A stretch of 63,564 nucleotides of DNA, the filler included, from Choristocarpus tenellus KU-1152 (taxonomy: Eukaryota > Protista > Phaeophyceae), in NCBI GenBank assembly GCA_964200185.2. It is 11 parts of 11 records of this genome, joined end to end, with 100 filler letters (N's around TTAATTAATTAA, not from the genome) between each part and the next. Parts side by side here need not be neighbours in the genome. Positions count along the whole stretch, not along the records: positions 49,042 to 56,078 come from CAXNAD020006807.1; positions 56,179 to 59,428 come from CAXNAD020021264.1; positions 59,529 to 63,564 come from CAXNAD020016551.1; 8 more parts are not named here. One strand, written 5' to 3'. Under the pieces are notes generated by a model. It saw only the letters and a program-made list of their open reading frames with translations. It searched no databases and was not told where the DNA came from. Of this stretch, positions 51,235 through 63,423 are shown one piece after another. The position numbers were made by a program, and so were the translations under genes. Every line of letters starts with the position of its first letter. Within the stretch, counting starts at the first letter, position 1.

Positions 51235-51684
51235 ATGCATCAATGCAGAGAAACGTACTAATTTAAATGTCGATGCCAACTTAATGCTTCCTCTCATTAT
51301 GATTATTCTGATCAGAGGAGATCTCTCCCTCCTCAAGGTCACAATTCTGAGCCAAACCAGTAAGAGGTAGGCAAAGTTGTATTTTAAATATCCGCAGAAA
51401 GGGCAAATAGATGTTTGTACAATTGCAGAAGAGTCTTTTCTTGATAGTGGAGTTACACTGTGTGTGGATTGAGGTGATATTAATTTGCATACACTATTGT
51501 GCACATTAAGCAATGAAATAGAGTGTATTCCTCGGTGTGAGAATGGTGGCTTCGTATGCAAAACGGTCCAAACCTGCCTACCTCCCCATTGTTTGGCTCT
51601 CTACACAAGGAGTTTAACTCTCAGCTTGAAATGTCTGTTGACACCTATGAAAGTTCCTAACACGTGACCTTTTCATTGAGACCC

Positions 51685-51854
51685 AAATTATCTGGGGGAG
51701 GGAGGGGGGTCTACACCTGGGTGTCCATTTGGGTCAAAATAAGGAAAAGTGCATTTACATTATCCATCTAACGCACGTAACCAAATTACCAAAAAACCTC
51801 GACATGAAAAAATTGACCCCAAGTGGACAGCCGCCACCCCCCCCCAGATACTTT
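51685..51854. mobile_element. MITE family A, complete copy with GACCC direct repeat
   Basis: GACCC|AAATTATCTGGGGG ... CCCCCAGATACTTT|GACCC. Confidence 0.92.
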
Positions 51855-52353
51855 GACCCAGATGAGTACAAAACTCCCGGAATCTAGTAGTTTTTTGCCT
51901 TTGAGCCACTAAATACAAGCCACCTAGTCATCAAGTGGCTATCCCACAAATACTTGCCCCCTATGCGTTTTTGGGACGTGTAAGAACAGGGTTGCCCTCC
52001 AGTGTACAATTGTGGAAAGTTGTTCACTATTTTCAATAGTAGTGTTGGCGCTCTGTTGCTATAGTCAACCGCCAATCTGTTGATTCAACCCATGTAACCA
52101 TGTATGATCAGATTTTGGGAGACATATGAATGTGCGATTGTTCATTCACTCAGATCCCTGGGGGCACGTAGGAGACAGGCAAGTCCACACCATGTTTCTC
52201 ATTACTCTTTCCACCCGTTAACACAGATTTTCCCCCTGAGTTGATGGAACCAGGATGTTTTTTTCTCCCGAAGAAGGATTTGTCTGACAGGAAGTGCTGG
52301 TCAGCCACTTTTGTGATCGTGTCAAAGGGAATCCACACTGGGGGGGGGGGTGA

Positions 52354-52576
52354 TGTCAGGGACAGATTCCTTTTTGGGATCTTCTGACACTGATGAGGAT
52401 AATGCGCTCCTTCCGACTGTTTGTCCAAATCCAGATCTTGTAGGTGTATCTGGCTTTGTGGACTGGTCGATATGGGCAAGTTCAATGATTAGTTGGTGCG
52501 TGCATATGTATATGACTGAGCGTCATATCCTCAAAATACGTGTGGGAGATCCCAAGAAAGGGACCTGTCCCTGACA
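52354..52576 (+). mobile_element. Probable 3' LTR (223 bp) with long terminal inverted repeats, preceded by a polypurine tract
   Basis: G11-TGA immediately before TGTCAGGGACAG...; ends CTGTCCCTGACA. The inverted repeat extends about 36 bp with mismatches. Confidence 0.6.
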
Positions 52577-53030
52577 TATATAGTATCTAAATCACTGATC
52601 AGTACAATTATTCATAACTCAGAATATAACTTGGAATTAGGGTCTGTGTCACGACCCATTATCTAGCTTACGATGCTTTCGTCAAGACGCAAACCCGTGG
52701 ACACCTGCACTATCAAACGTTTATGTACCCCCCCTTTCCCTTCTACCTGTTGTGTAAAACTATCCTTTCCTACTAAATTACAACAGAAGATCCGTACAAC
52801 CTTATTCTTTCCTATTAAATCACAATGTGATATCTTTATATCAAAATGAGGTAGGGACAGATCAAGGATACATAAAGGTTTTCTCTCGATGATGCGTAGG
52901 TACAAATAATTTATATAATGTTGATAAAATGGTGAGTGATATCTACAAATTATATGTTAATATGGTAACCAACAAGGTTGAATCGACAAATCGAGATTTT
53001 GTACATCATTCCTCAACATTAAGTTGTACT

Positions 53031-53220
53031 GTGGTGTAGGGCTAAGCTAGGTTGGAGGCATAGGAGGGGAGTGGTGTAGCATAGCTGGCACTAATAGGAA
53101 TTCGGTTATAGGCAGATATCTTTCACATTTACGACAACTATTACTCTTACAGGTTTTCTTATGATATTGAATGGACTTTTCCACTGACACATCTGCAAAA
53201 TATCAGAGAGGGCATAATAA
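53031..53220 (+). mobile_element. Short 3'-end retrocopy of the CRE-like LINE with 11-bp TSD
   Basis: Homologous to about 11719-11915 and ends GAGGGCATAATAA. Direct repeat TAAGTTGTACT at 53020-53030 and 53221-53231. Confidence 0.88.
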
Positions 53221-53394
53221 TAAGTTGTACTCATTACATGGTTTGTGGTACAATATTCCTGGGGAAAGATGAATTGTACGTGTTCACCATCCCTTCAACT
53301 TTCGCATACAAATCTTGAACATTTTATCTTTCTAATGATTTGTTAATGTTAAGCACAAATGAGTTAATCACGATTTGTCCCACGTGTATCCCTT

Positions 53395-53650
53395 ACCTAT
53401 AAAAGAGATATTTGTTACTCCTGGATGTGGCCTTCTCTGAGGTTCAAGCAGACTGCTATCTTCCACAATCAATAATCAACAAGGGCATATTGCTCCTGCT
53501 GCAGCTGGGGCATGAAAGTGCAACCACTCTGACAAGGATCTGTTGACCCTTACAATCATAAGCTCAACACCTTTGTGGAGGAACCTTCCGGTGCGTTGAT
53601 ACACAGACAGACAGAGCAATTTCTGAAAGACCTGACAACTCATGTTCAGA
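53395..53650 (+). mobile_element. Second decayed CRE-like RLE-domain fragment
   Basis: LLLDVAFSEVQAD parallels LLDVIFAEVQAV at about 11240, and the downstream CAACACCTTTGTGG parallels about 11380. Confidence 0.5.
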
Positions 53651-56469
53651 TGGTAAAATTCCTGAGGGATCTAGGTAGGAAGGGAAAAGTGAAGACACGC
53701 CTGTGACCGATTTTGTCATTTGCTACTCAACTAGCAATCTCTAAACGGGTTTCACGTTTCAAACTGAAGACTCCAGGTTGACATCTGCCCATTTCCAGTT
53801 TGACATTTGGATTTCAGATTTCAGATTTCAGAATCATCTAATCTAACTGTAATAATAAAGTTTAAACTCTACCTAGACTCCTTAACTCACATTATTATCT
53901 ATATGGAACGAGTCCAGTCCAGGCACTACTGTTACTCCTCTGTTTTGACTGTTTTTATAAGGAAAATTTCTCTGATTTCATCACCACCCATTATTGCTAC
54001 ATTACCGCAATACCGACCCACCAATTCAATCCACTGCACTCCCTCTCACTACGTATATATTTGTTTAAAACAAGGAAGGGTAATGCCCACCTATGTGCAC
54101 TATGTTTTTACTCAACCTATACCACCCATGGGTGAAAGCAATAAATTGGAAACAAGAGGAACTTTTACATGGGAGGTGCAGAACCTGATGAGCGTTACTT
54201 GAGGGTTCTTTGCACTCTCTGGACATCGGGCCATATAACCTCGTCCAAAAACATCTCTGCCAGTCCCATCTGTTCACCAGTAGTGCCACGACCATTTAAA
54301 GATCAGAGCCCAGGTTTCGCGAGGAATCCAATTACTACTACGCCAGTACCTATCGTTGTGAACATCTTTCTGTTAGGCAGGTAAAGTACAGACCTGATTA
54401 CGAGAGGGTCGTTTGAGTCTTCTTTGTTTGGCATCGCGATAAGGTTTTGGTCAACGGATTGTGGTCTTTCAAAGTTCGTTAGGTCCTACTCTTCTCGAAG
54501 AACCTGATGGCGATCGACCTCAACTCTGAATCTTTTGTATGGGAAAGTAAGACTTTCTATTGACTGTTTGTACCCAACCAGTTAGTAGTGTACTTTGTGT
54601 TTTTTTGCGAGTCCGTAGACAGACAGATGGGTACCTGCGTACCCTCGTTTTGAACTGTGTGATTACCTCTACTGAAATATTTTTTTAATATTTTTCCCAT
54701 TAAAGTCATTGAGAGAACTAGGTTAAGAATCTGTAAACCTTCTTACACCAATCGAACAAATGTCGAGGTTTGTCGACCAAGGAAACTGTCGATTCGTTTC
54801 GTCAAGCATAAAGCACTCTGAGCACATCTTATAGGACCAAGGGTAGACAGAGAGTCCCTCTAGACCGTAGCTCAAGCCTCGTCACATACAGCATATAGTG
54901 AAGGATCCCAGGCAATGTCAACGTGGGGCTAGAATGGAGGGGGAGGGCTCCATGTCCCGACCTTCATGGGCGCAGGCGGCATTCAATGACTGTGAGGTGT
55001 GGGACAATTCCGTCAGCACTGGAAAGTTGTGGAGGGAGTGAATTTGGGGAAAGGGAGAATCTGGGGGTAGATTGAATCAGAGAGGAGGCACGTGGGCACG
55101 TGCGAAAACGTCTATCTTGGGTTAGAGGAAGACCGCAGATACTGTAGGTGAACATAACACCAGGCAGTACGACAGCGATCCGATGTCTCGTATATCTTTC
55201 CTCGTTGGGTACAACGGCGTTGCCAAGCCAAGCTTCTGCGGACGGGGATCACAAGAAGACCTATCGGAGATAAAAGATTGGTCCCTCATTAACAAAGGTA
55301 ATGGAGACCTGTTGGAGTTTTGGGAGGAGACTAGGAGAGGCTTGGTAAGTCGAATGAGGTGAGTTACGGGATGGAAAGAGAGCAGCATGATAGGGACGTC
55401 GCCCTCTCTCATCATCACCGAAAAAGAAAGAACTAGATTGTCGTAGGTCCTACACTAATCCTGGTTTTAAGATTAAGAGAATTGAAGGTAGAGTTCAACT
55501 CGAAGTACAAGGAAGGTCCAATGACCTGGGTCAGGAAAGAACAGATATTTGTTGTGTCTCTCAGAGTATGGGGGTGGGTGAAGGAATATCTGAAAGTAAA
55601 CCCCCAGATTTCTTTCCGCGACGCAGATTTTCGTCAGGATCACAGAAGACCATCTTTTGGTCTTCACAAAAGCCAACGACTATTTCCTGGAATTTCGTTG
55701 AGTTATTCACATCTCTCCAAACTCCACATTAGAGTTGGCAGGGTTGAAGGTTGCTGGGACCAAAGTAATGAGAGGGAAAAGAGAGACTGGATTGTGAATC
55801 CACTCCATAGTAGACCAAGTCTCACACTTCCCAATTGATGAACTTCCTTAGAAGGGCACTTTTTTCGTACTTCATGGAGAAATATTATTTTCTGCAATCT
55901 GCTTGAGTTTACAAGGGAGTGAACAAGACAGATAGATACCGCAATTTGAAACAGGCTTAAACTCCAGAGTAATCGACTTTCAAGTGTAATGAATGCTCAA
56001 AGTATCTGGGGGGGGGGGGGGGGGGGCCACCCCCGCGGGTTCAGCGGGGCCGGGGCGGAGGGGGGGGCACCCGCATTTNNNNNNNNNNNNNNNNNNNNNN
56101 NNNNNNNNNNNNNNNNNNNNNNTTAATTAATTAANNNNNNNNNNNNNNNNNNNNNNNNNNNNNNNNNNNNNNNNNNNNCCCCCCAGATACTTTGGGTCAA
56201 CGTAGGTGAAGCACCCCCAGCGAAGAGTATCATCCAAGGCTAGACAGAGGAAAACCGTCCCCTTCCTTCCAAAGAAGGAAAGAAAACAAGGAGAGAAACC
56301 TCACCAAACATTTTCACAAATGCTTGGTAGCCAAGATAACTTTCTAGTGATGAGCTATGGCAGCTTCGACCTCAGCAGTATGCTAGGTGTCCATGAAGTA
56401 TTTTGTTCCATCCTCCACACGTTTGTGCCACCTGTTCTGAGTCTCCTGCGAGTAACACCCACTGACCAG

Positions 56470-56765
56470 CTGCGTTGAAAGCCTTGAGATCATCCCAGAA
56501 GCACCACAACCATTAGCTTTCCTCTGACCTCCCTTTCCCCCCTTTCGTTTTTGTAATTTTAGTTCTCAAACCATGAAGTTTGGGGGCAAGCGATCATCGT
56601 CCATTTGTCACATCAAATCTGCAAGTAGTAACCTCCTTCTGTGGATAATGGTTTCAACTCACTAACATCCAGATATATTAAGGGCTTCTCTGTACGACAT
56701 GAGGTGGTCCGTACGTTTACTTTTGTGCAACCCAATGCAGTTTTTTTTTAATTTCCAGTGTTGAA
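56470..56765 (-). mobile_element. Decayed RTE-clade LINE C-terminal fragment
   Basis: The minus strand reads CIGLHKSKRTDHLMSYREALNISGC**VETIIHRRRLLLA...MDDDRLP...GGQRK...DDLKAFN, the post-RT signature of RTE elements (RRL...RM...RLPK...DDL). Confidence 0.75.
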
Positions 56766-56919
56766 AGGGAATGAAACTACTATCACGTTTGGTGTATGCC
56801 ATTCTTTTTTTTTCCTCGACCTACTCCCAATTTCAAAGAAACGCCGTTTCAATTTTTTGTCTTTTCCATGGTTCCATATCATTTGTACCTAATACACAAA
56901 CCTTGGAAATAATATTTAG

Positions 56920-58383
56920 GCTGCGACTCGTATGTCCACGCGCATCGAACAAACTGATTCCTCCGAGTGTGTGGCTTTCGACCCAGGGGACGGAGGGCTC
57001 AAACCTCGCCAGTCTCAACAAGCCTTGTACGAGAGATCCAACCCCTCTAGGCCAATAATTGCTGCTGATGGTCCAATTTGGGTCGAGGCTGAAGGGGTTG
57101 GCTTCATCACCAAGACGGCTGCACTTCCGAGTCAGCTCGAGCATGATGACATCTTAGAGACTCCAAAAACGCTAAGGCAGCGCCTAGTAAGCCTTGCTAC
57201 TGGGAGTCTAACGCTTGCATTGTGGAAAAATAGATAGATGTGGCATTGTATCTCCAACGCGTACGACTTCCTGTTGCACACATAATAGATAGATACTACA
57301 TGGTCTTCACCATTTTTTTCCCCCCTAAATAAACAACACATTCATGGGGACACTGTTTACCCTTTTATAAGGCTCCCCACATCAGATTTCCTCTTTCTTT
57401 ATCGTCGCCTGTGCTGCATGCAACCAACTACCTCCTCCTCCTCCTTACCAATTGGGTTACTATATCTCACTCCCCTACGGACATCTTCAAGCGGGGAGGG
57501 GTTGCACATTTCCCTCCAGTGCAGGCTCCTGAATGCCTCGGATCTTCCTGCGTCCTTCCAGTGACAGGAGGGCAAAGAAGTATAAAATTAAGCACGAACT
57601 GGAGAAAGGTGAGTTGTGTTGGTTTTCGGTCGATACCTCATACTATTCGTACTAAATTATTGCAATATACGCTTCAAAGTACTATGTTTGCCTGCATTCG
57701 GCAAATATTTAAGTGGGGTGTCTGTCGCCTCCAGGATGGTTAAAAAAATTGCTTGTTTCTTCCAGGTTTGAACTTCAAGTGTTTCTGAGAACTAATTGAC
57801 GTTTCCCCTATAACTCTCCTTTGGCGGAGCACAATTTTGTCCGCACTAAGAAAGAGGTGCCTCTTAACCTGGAGGGATAGGAGTCACACTTTGCCCTATC
57901 AAACGACTATAATCTTGCATTCACTTCCAGGACTTATCGTATTCAACATTGACTTGGCCTGCTCTTGAACCAAAAATACATCATGCTTCTCATGCTTTTG
58001 CATCAAAACGGTACAGGGAACATCTCCCACCACCAGCATAACCCAAAAGACTCTAGTCACTCGTGAGAGGACCAAGGAAAATGATGAGAACGAGGAGAAG
58101 CCACGCTCTCGAAGTGTGGAAGTACAAATGGTATCACCTAGCTTTCATGACAATGTTCAGCATTACAATCCCGAGGGAGGAGCAGATGTTGCATGGAAGG
58201 GAGGTTTACGACCTCGGGGAGGCTCATTGGACTCACTGACAATATTGCCTGTTCTGACATGTACATTATCACACAAGGCAAGTTACAAGTTACAGTTAAA
58301 TGTTGCCAGAACAGTACATACATACTGCTTGTGATGGAAGTAGGAGACCTTTGTTTGTTGTTCTTGTTGTTGTGTGATGTGTG

Positions 58384-58446
<63 letters not shown>

Positions 58447-58915
58447 GTGAGTGAGTGAGAGAGAGAGAGTACATCTTGCCTTACTGGATTCCATGTACTG
58501 CTAGATTTCATAATATGTTGATAAACCTTCAGAAATTTTATTGTGTGTGTGTGGCCTTCTGAGATTTGCTTACCTTTGCCTCCAGTCATTATCTGCATGT
58601 AAGCAAGGGTCAGTGCTACTGGATATAGTCTATCAAGACGCTCCAAATAAAAGCAAGGAAACATGAAGGACACCTTACGACTATACACACCCTCTTTTCC
58701 CTCACTTGCCTCCTCCACATCTAGTCCCCACATCAAATTACACCTCCATGACGATGCGTTCATCAATGCCAACACGGACCTACTCTCCACACAATCCACC
58801 CCAATTCGTTCACATTATGCAGACATTTTACTGCCCATATTGCATGAAGGATCGTCGAGGGAAGGACTGCCGAAGATTTAACGGCAATGGTGGCTGCAGT
58901 CACGAGTTTTGCCAG
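56920..58915 (+). CDS. Protein with low-complexity N-terminal region and the first half of a RING-type zinc finger; partial
   Basis: Phase-0 compatible exons 56920-57186, 57525-57608, 58017-58130 and 58823-58915. The last reads TFYCPYCMKDRRGKDCRRFNGNGGCSHEFCQ (CxxC...CxHxFC). Confidence 0.55.
58388..58469. repeat. (TG)n(AG)n compound microsatellite
   Basis: Read directly. Confidence 0.95.
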
Positions 58916-59276
58916 GTTCAGCAAAAATGTTGTAGCTTGATTTTCTGGAGTTAAGAACTCTGCTTTGCAAGTGAAAATGCTTTCTTGTATCTGCAACGAG
59001 CGGAGCCTATGTCACTGTATAGAACATCAGGCATTTTGTACTCTAAAGCAAAGATCGAGTGATGGTGAATGATTCACTGCGCAGGTGGCAACATAGTATG
59101 TATATATGTACTTTTAAAACTCATTCACAACATGCCTGTTCTCTACAACTCACTCGTACTAAAAATATATATATCCCTAGCAACAGATGGAACAAGTACC
59201 ACTTCCACTCTGTGGTGGTTTGAACCCCAGTTTAAACATACATATATATATGTGTACAATGAGCCTTGACAGGTTC

Positions 59277-59428
59277 AAAGTATCTGGGGGGGGGGGGTAA
59301 CGGCTGTCCATTTAGGGTCAATTTTTTCCTGTCACGATTTTGGGATGATTTGGTTGCATATGTAGAATGGATAATGTAAGTGCACTTTTCCTGGTTTTGA
59401 CCCAAATGGACACCCTGGTGTAGACCCC
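59277..59428 (-). mobile_element. MITE family A, reverse orientation, cut by the contig end
   Basis: Reverse complement of the 51685-51854 interior; begins GGTTC|AAAGTATCT-G12. Confidence 0.9.
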
Positions 59429-59552
59429 NNNNNNNNNNNNNNNNNNNNNNNNNNNNNNNNNNNNNNNNNNNNTTAATTAATTAANNNNNNNNNNNNNNNN
59501 NNNNNNNNNNNNNNNNNNNNNNNNNNNNGTATGGGGATAATGGAGAAGAAGA

Positions 59553-59554
<2 letters not shown>

Positions 59555-59594
<40 letters not shown>

Positions 59595-59739
59595 CTGCAC
59601 GAGGGTGTCCATTTGTGCCATAACCAGGAAAAGTGCACTTACTTTATCCATCTGACGATTGCAACCAAATCACCCAAAAATCGCAACATAAAAAAATTGG
59701 CCCCGAATGGACAGCCGCCACCCCCCCTCCGTATATTTT
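59555..59739 (+). mobile_element. MITE family A copy (left end replaced by a poly-G run)
   Basis: Interior GGGTGTCCATTTG...GGAAAAGTGCACTTA...AATGGACAGCCGCCA-C-run-TATATTTT|GAGCC. Confidence 0.85.
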
Positions 59740-59912
59740 GAGCCATGATACTACTGAGAATGGACCTGTATACCTTATCAGACTTTGGATTCATGAGGCA
59801 ACTACTCCACTGAATGTATACAACAAATGCTTTATTTTTAGCTTGGTATGATTGATGGGATCTCACGACGGAAGGACCCAGATTTTTTTTTGGTTTCTTC
59901 CTTATCATAAAC

Positions 59913-62292
59913 CTGTTATTGTAGAAGATGCACAGTTTCTCAAGTACAAGGTCATTCCTCAACAATAGAGAGATCTTGCTTGCGTCTGCCTGATGTTTCA
60001 CAAACCTTTTTGACATCAATCATATTGTTGGTTTTGTCATTATGTAGTGTATTATAGCACTCAGGTATTTGACAGCACTCCTGGCACAACAATACAAACA
60101 CAGGTATGCTTAAGTATCAAGGAAATTGAGGTTGCCGGAGGGGTTTTATTGGCAAGTCATCAAATTGCAAGTTGAGTTGTAAATTAAATTTCACATCACT
60201 TACACTTTGCCCTTCCTGTGACATACAAGTTTATGGGAATTATTGTACCTTATTGTTAACAACACTGACCAAGATACCGTGTATTAGTAGAACACATTGC
60301 TACATGGTGCTGAAGTATATAATCTTATTATCATCCCCATGGATTATCTTGTTATGTGAGGTAACTCCTACCATAGATCCAGTGATCAAGGTAGTGTCCG
60401 AGCACATACCCACGAGAGATGGTAAAATCCTATTTTTTGTGCTCCAGGAGGGCTTGCACTTGATGCCATGAATCTAAACATATGAATTTTGAGATGTAGA
60501 GTGCTGACTATCTACCCCAACAATTGAGGTATTAATAATGGCAATTAGACTCAACCAGTCCCATCAGGCAATATATTTGCGCTTGAGTAGCTACAACTGT
60601 TGTGACTGTTGTGTGGGTTGAGCTCAATAGTAAAATACAAAAATTCGGAGTATCCATGCACCCCAGTACTATTAGTAGTAGTTTGCCACTAGTTGTCTGT
60701 TGACCCACCTGCTTCGGGCTTGGACAATTCGTCCTCTAAATTCAAGTGGAAGACGCAGACACACACAGACACCTCTGGCATGCATCATCATGTGTGGAGA
60801 GACATGGCCTGCCTCACTTGTGCCTGTGAAGGATAACCAAAGCAAATAGGCATATGAAAGTTATGTCAACGAAAGTGAAGGCATGAGGGGAGCCATCCTA
60901 TCATAAATGTGAGTGATGCTAAGTGTTTATGGCCCCTGTGGTTGTCTTTGGGTACATGTGCTTCTAGTGCTCTCAAGGGCGATCTTGTGCTTCGGTGGAC
61001 GAAATCACATCTTCATTTTCTACGGCCACTGCCTCCTAAGGGAGGCTAGTTACATACCAGGCATGTGAATGGGTGTCAGACAGAAGGATAAAAACCACCA
61101 AAATACTTAATGGGGCCTAAATCTATGATAGGATAGCTCAGAAGATGATGCTGCTTCACTAGTGCAATTTCAGCATGTGCTTCATTTTTTGGCAGTGATC
61201 ATTGTTTTCATCATTGAAACGGCTCACCTGGCAAGAATCCACCTGTTGCGAAAACAGATCAAGCAATTCCCACTCTGAACAAAACGTTTTTATGAACTCA
61301 TTTTCTTGAAACTCCTGCTGGAAAATAGCATGGGTGTTGCATTCAGGGGTTGTGGATGAGCATGAGACTTGACCTGAAGAAATGCCTCGAGGAAGGGCCC
61401 CAAAAAGATATGGGAGTCCCCAGCAAAGTAAGTACTACTGGATGTAGTGGACTTTGCTGCGTGAAGTACCCACCTTGCTCTGATCCATGTACGATGAGTG
61501 CAAAGAGCTGTAGCGTTTGATATCATTTTTCTGCAGAATCCTCTCAAGGCTGGATTCTATCTGCTTGAGCCAGAATGAGAGTGATAAGATTTGTACCCAA
61601 GTCATTGTGGGCACTGGATTGTATCGAGCATGTTGATCTCTATAGTTGAGTAACGACTGTGCCTTGCTGACCTAGGCGTAATGCAGGTAACTCTAGAGTA
61701 GCAAGGATGGTTGATTGGTACAGTTATCTGTACACATTTGAGAATGTTGGACAAGGAGACTTTGACTCTTGTGGATGCTCATTCTGGAACAGTGATTTTG
61801 TCTGTACTTGAGATGGTATTACAATAGATTAGATAAGACTCCATTCTACAGGCACATAAACACAGGGAGTAGAGTTACACCAGTTGAGAGTGGGAGGAGG
61901 AAAGGAAAGCCTATGTGATATAAAAATTATGTTCGGCTGAACAAAGAAGGAAAACCTTGGCAGGAAAGTAAGGGAATAGATTTGAGAGCATCTCACTGGA
62001 GAGGTGGTGGCAGCATTAGCAATGCCGCTCGAGCAGACACAAAATACAAAATACACGCTCAGCCGCCAATGTGGGAGAATTCCGTGACTACTTCTAGCAC
62101 TGGTATTCTGAAAGAGAATGAAACAGCGTGAATGAGTATCATTTTGTAACCAAGAGGGCAAGGGATTTTCTTAAATCATCCGCTGAAGTTGAGGGTGGGA
62201 TAGGAAGGCTTTGACAGATGCACTGTGGGGGTCCGATGTGAAGCCTTTTGAGTCATAGATACCTGTGTTTCCTCCCGCAACTCGTTTTCATC
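59913..62292 (-). CDS. Candidate exons of an unidentified gene
   Basis: AG/GT-bounded open segments at about 62292-62263 (DENELREETQ), 61560-61474 (IESSLERILQKNDIKRYSSLHSSYMDQSK) and 59989-59913 (ADASKISLLLRNDLVLEKLCIFYNNR). No family recognised. Confidence 0.3.
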
Positions 62293-63423
62293 CTTCATAC
62301 ATTGTTGTGTTGTGTTGTGTTGGACTAAAAAGGAAGTGAGTGTTTTCTTCACACCTCAGGCAAGTTAACATACAATGCCGGCACCACCCTATGACACTTG
62401 GACCGATTTCCTCCATGAAGAGTGTCGTTCATGGTAGTGCTTAACGCCTATTTACTCTATAAAGAACGCTCTTCAACACAAGACTTGAATCCCATTTCCT
62501 CCATAGTACACATTCTACAGGTCAAGGCTCAGGCAGAGCCCATTTCCATGCCGTTGAGGACAATACTGAGAGCCAATTTCTCTATATTGTTGTCATATAT
62601 TGGGTGTAAGGTAATAGCAATCTGGGATAACGATCACACCTCTTATGAAATGAAGGATTCAGGAACGTTCCTGATTGTTGCAATGTGCTTTGGAACGTGC
62701 AGGTATCGTATCATATCAATCCAGTGATATTCTTTTGCAGCAGGGTGTCTCATATAGGCAACAATTCACGGCAGCAGAGTCGGTGTGCACCCTAGAGAAG
62801 ACATCCTTAAACTGGAAAAAATAGGCCAACATGAAATGACTGAAGTAGTTGGAAGTACTTGTATTCCTACATAGCAACTAAGCACAATGGGTGGGATGCT
62901 CCGACATTGTCCAGCAGCACACATTCTACCATGACACCTGCTAAGCATGCCATAATGCTTGGCAGCATATTGTGTTATCTGTCTACCATTCACTGTTCAG
63001 GACAATACCATTTCTTTGATATATTCATTGTTTAAAACAATCCATAAAGGCCAATTTCTCAGCAACATGCATTATCCAGACATATATTGTATTCTTATAA
63101 CTCCAAAATGTTTAAATTGTGTTTTGCAAGCATTATGTTGTCAGAGGTGTGATTTCCTTACATTCCACCCTTCCAACTATATGAGTTTTTCTTTGGGATT
63201 GCCCATTTTCTAATCCAGTCACAGATTCCTCGACCTGAGCAGGATTGTCATCTCTACAGTGCTTCCCTCAGGGTGATATGATCCTGAGTCGACAGGGTGC
63301 CACCTCTCCATCTACCACTACTAGCTTGGTGAAAACACCCACAAACTTGCTCATTTGCATCTGCAGCAAACATGTGGTTGAAGTGCATTGCCCTGTACCA
63401 ACAACATATATTCCTTTTGGGTC

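Noticed and set aside
51022-51561. 179-aa minus-strand ORF
   Set aside because: It reads through the tRNA-Lys gene and low-complexity flanks and has no protein-like features.
54000-55900. Possible decayed Gypsy integrase/chromodomain region
   Set aside because: It looks like degenerate coding sequence, but I could not recover diagnostic motifs. A translated search is needed.
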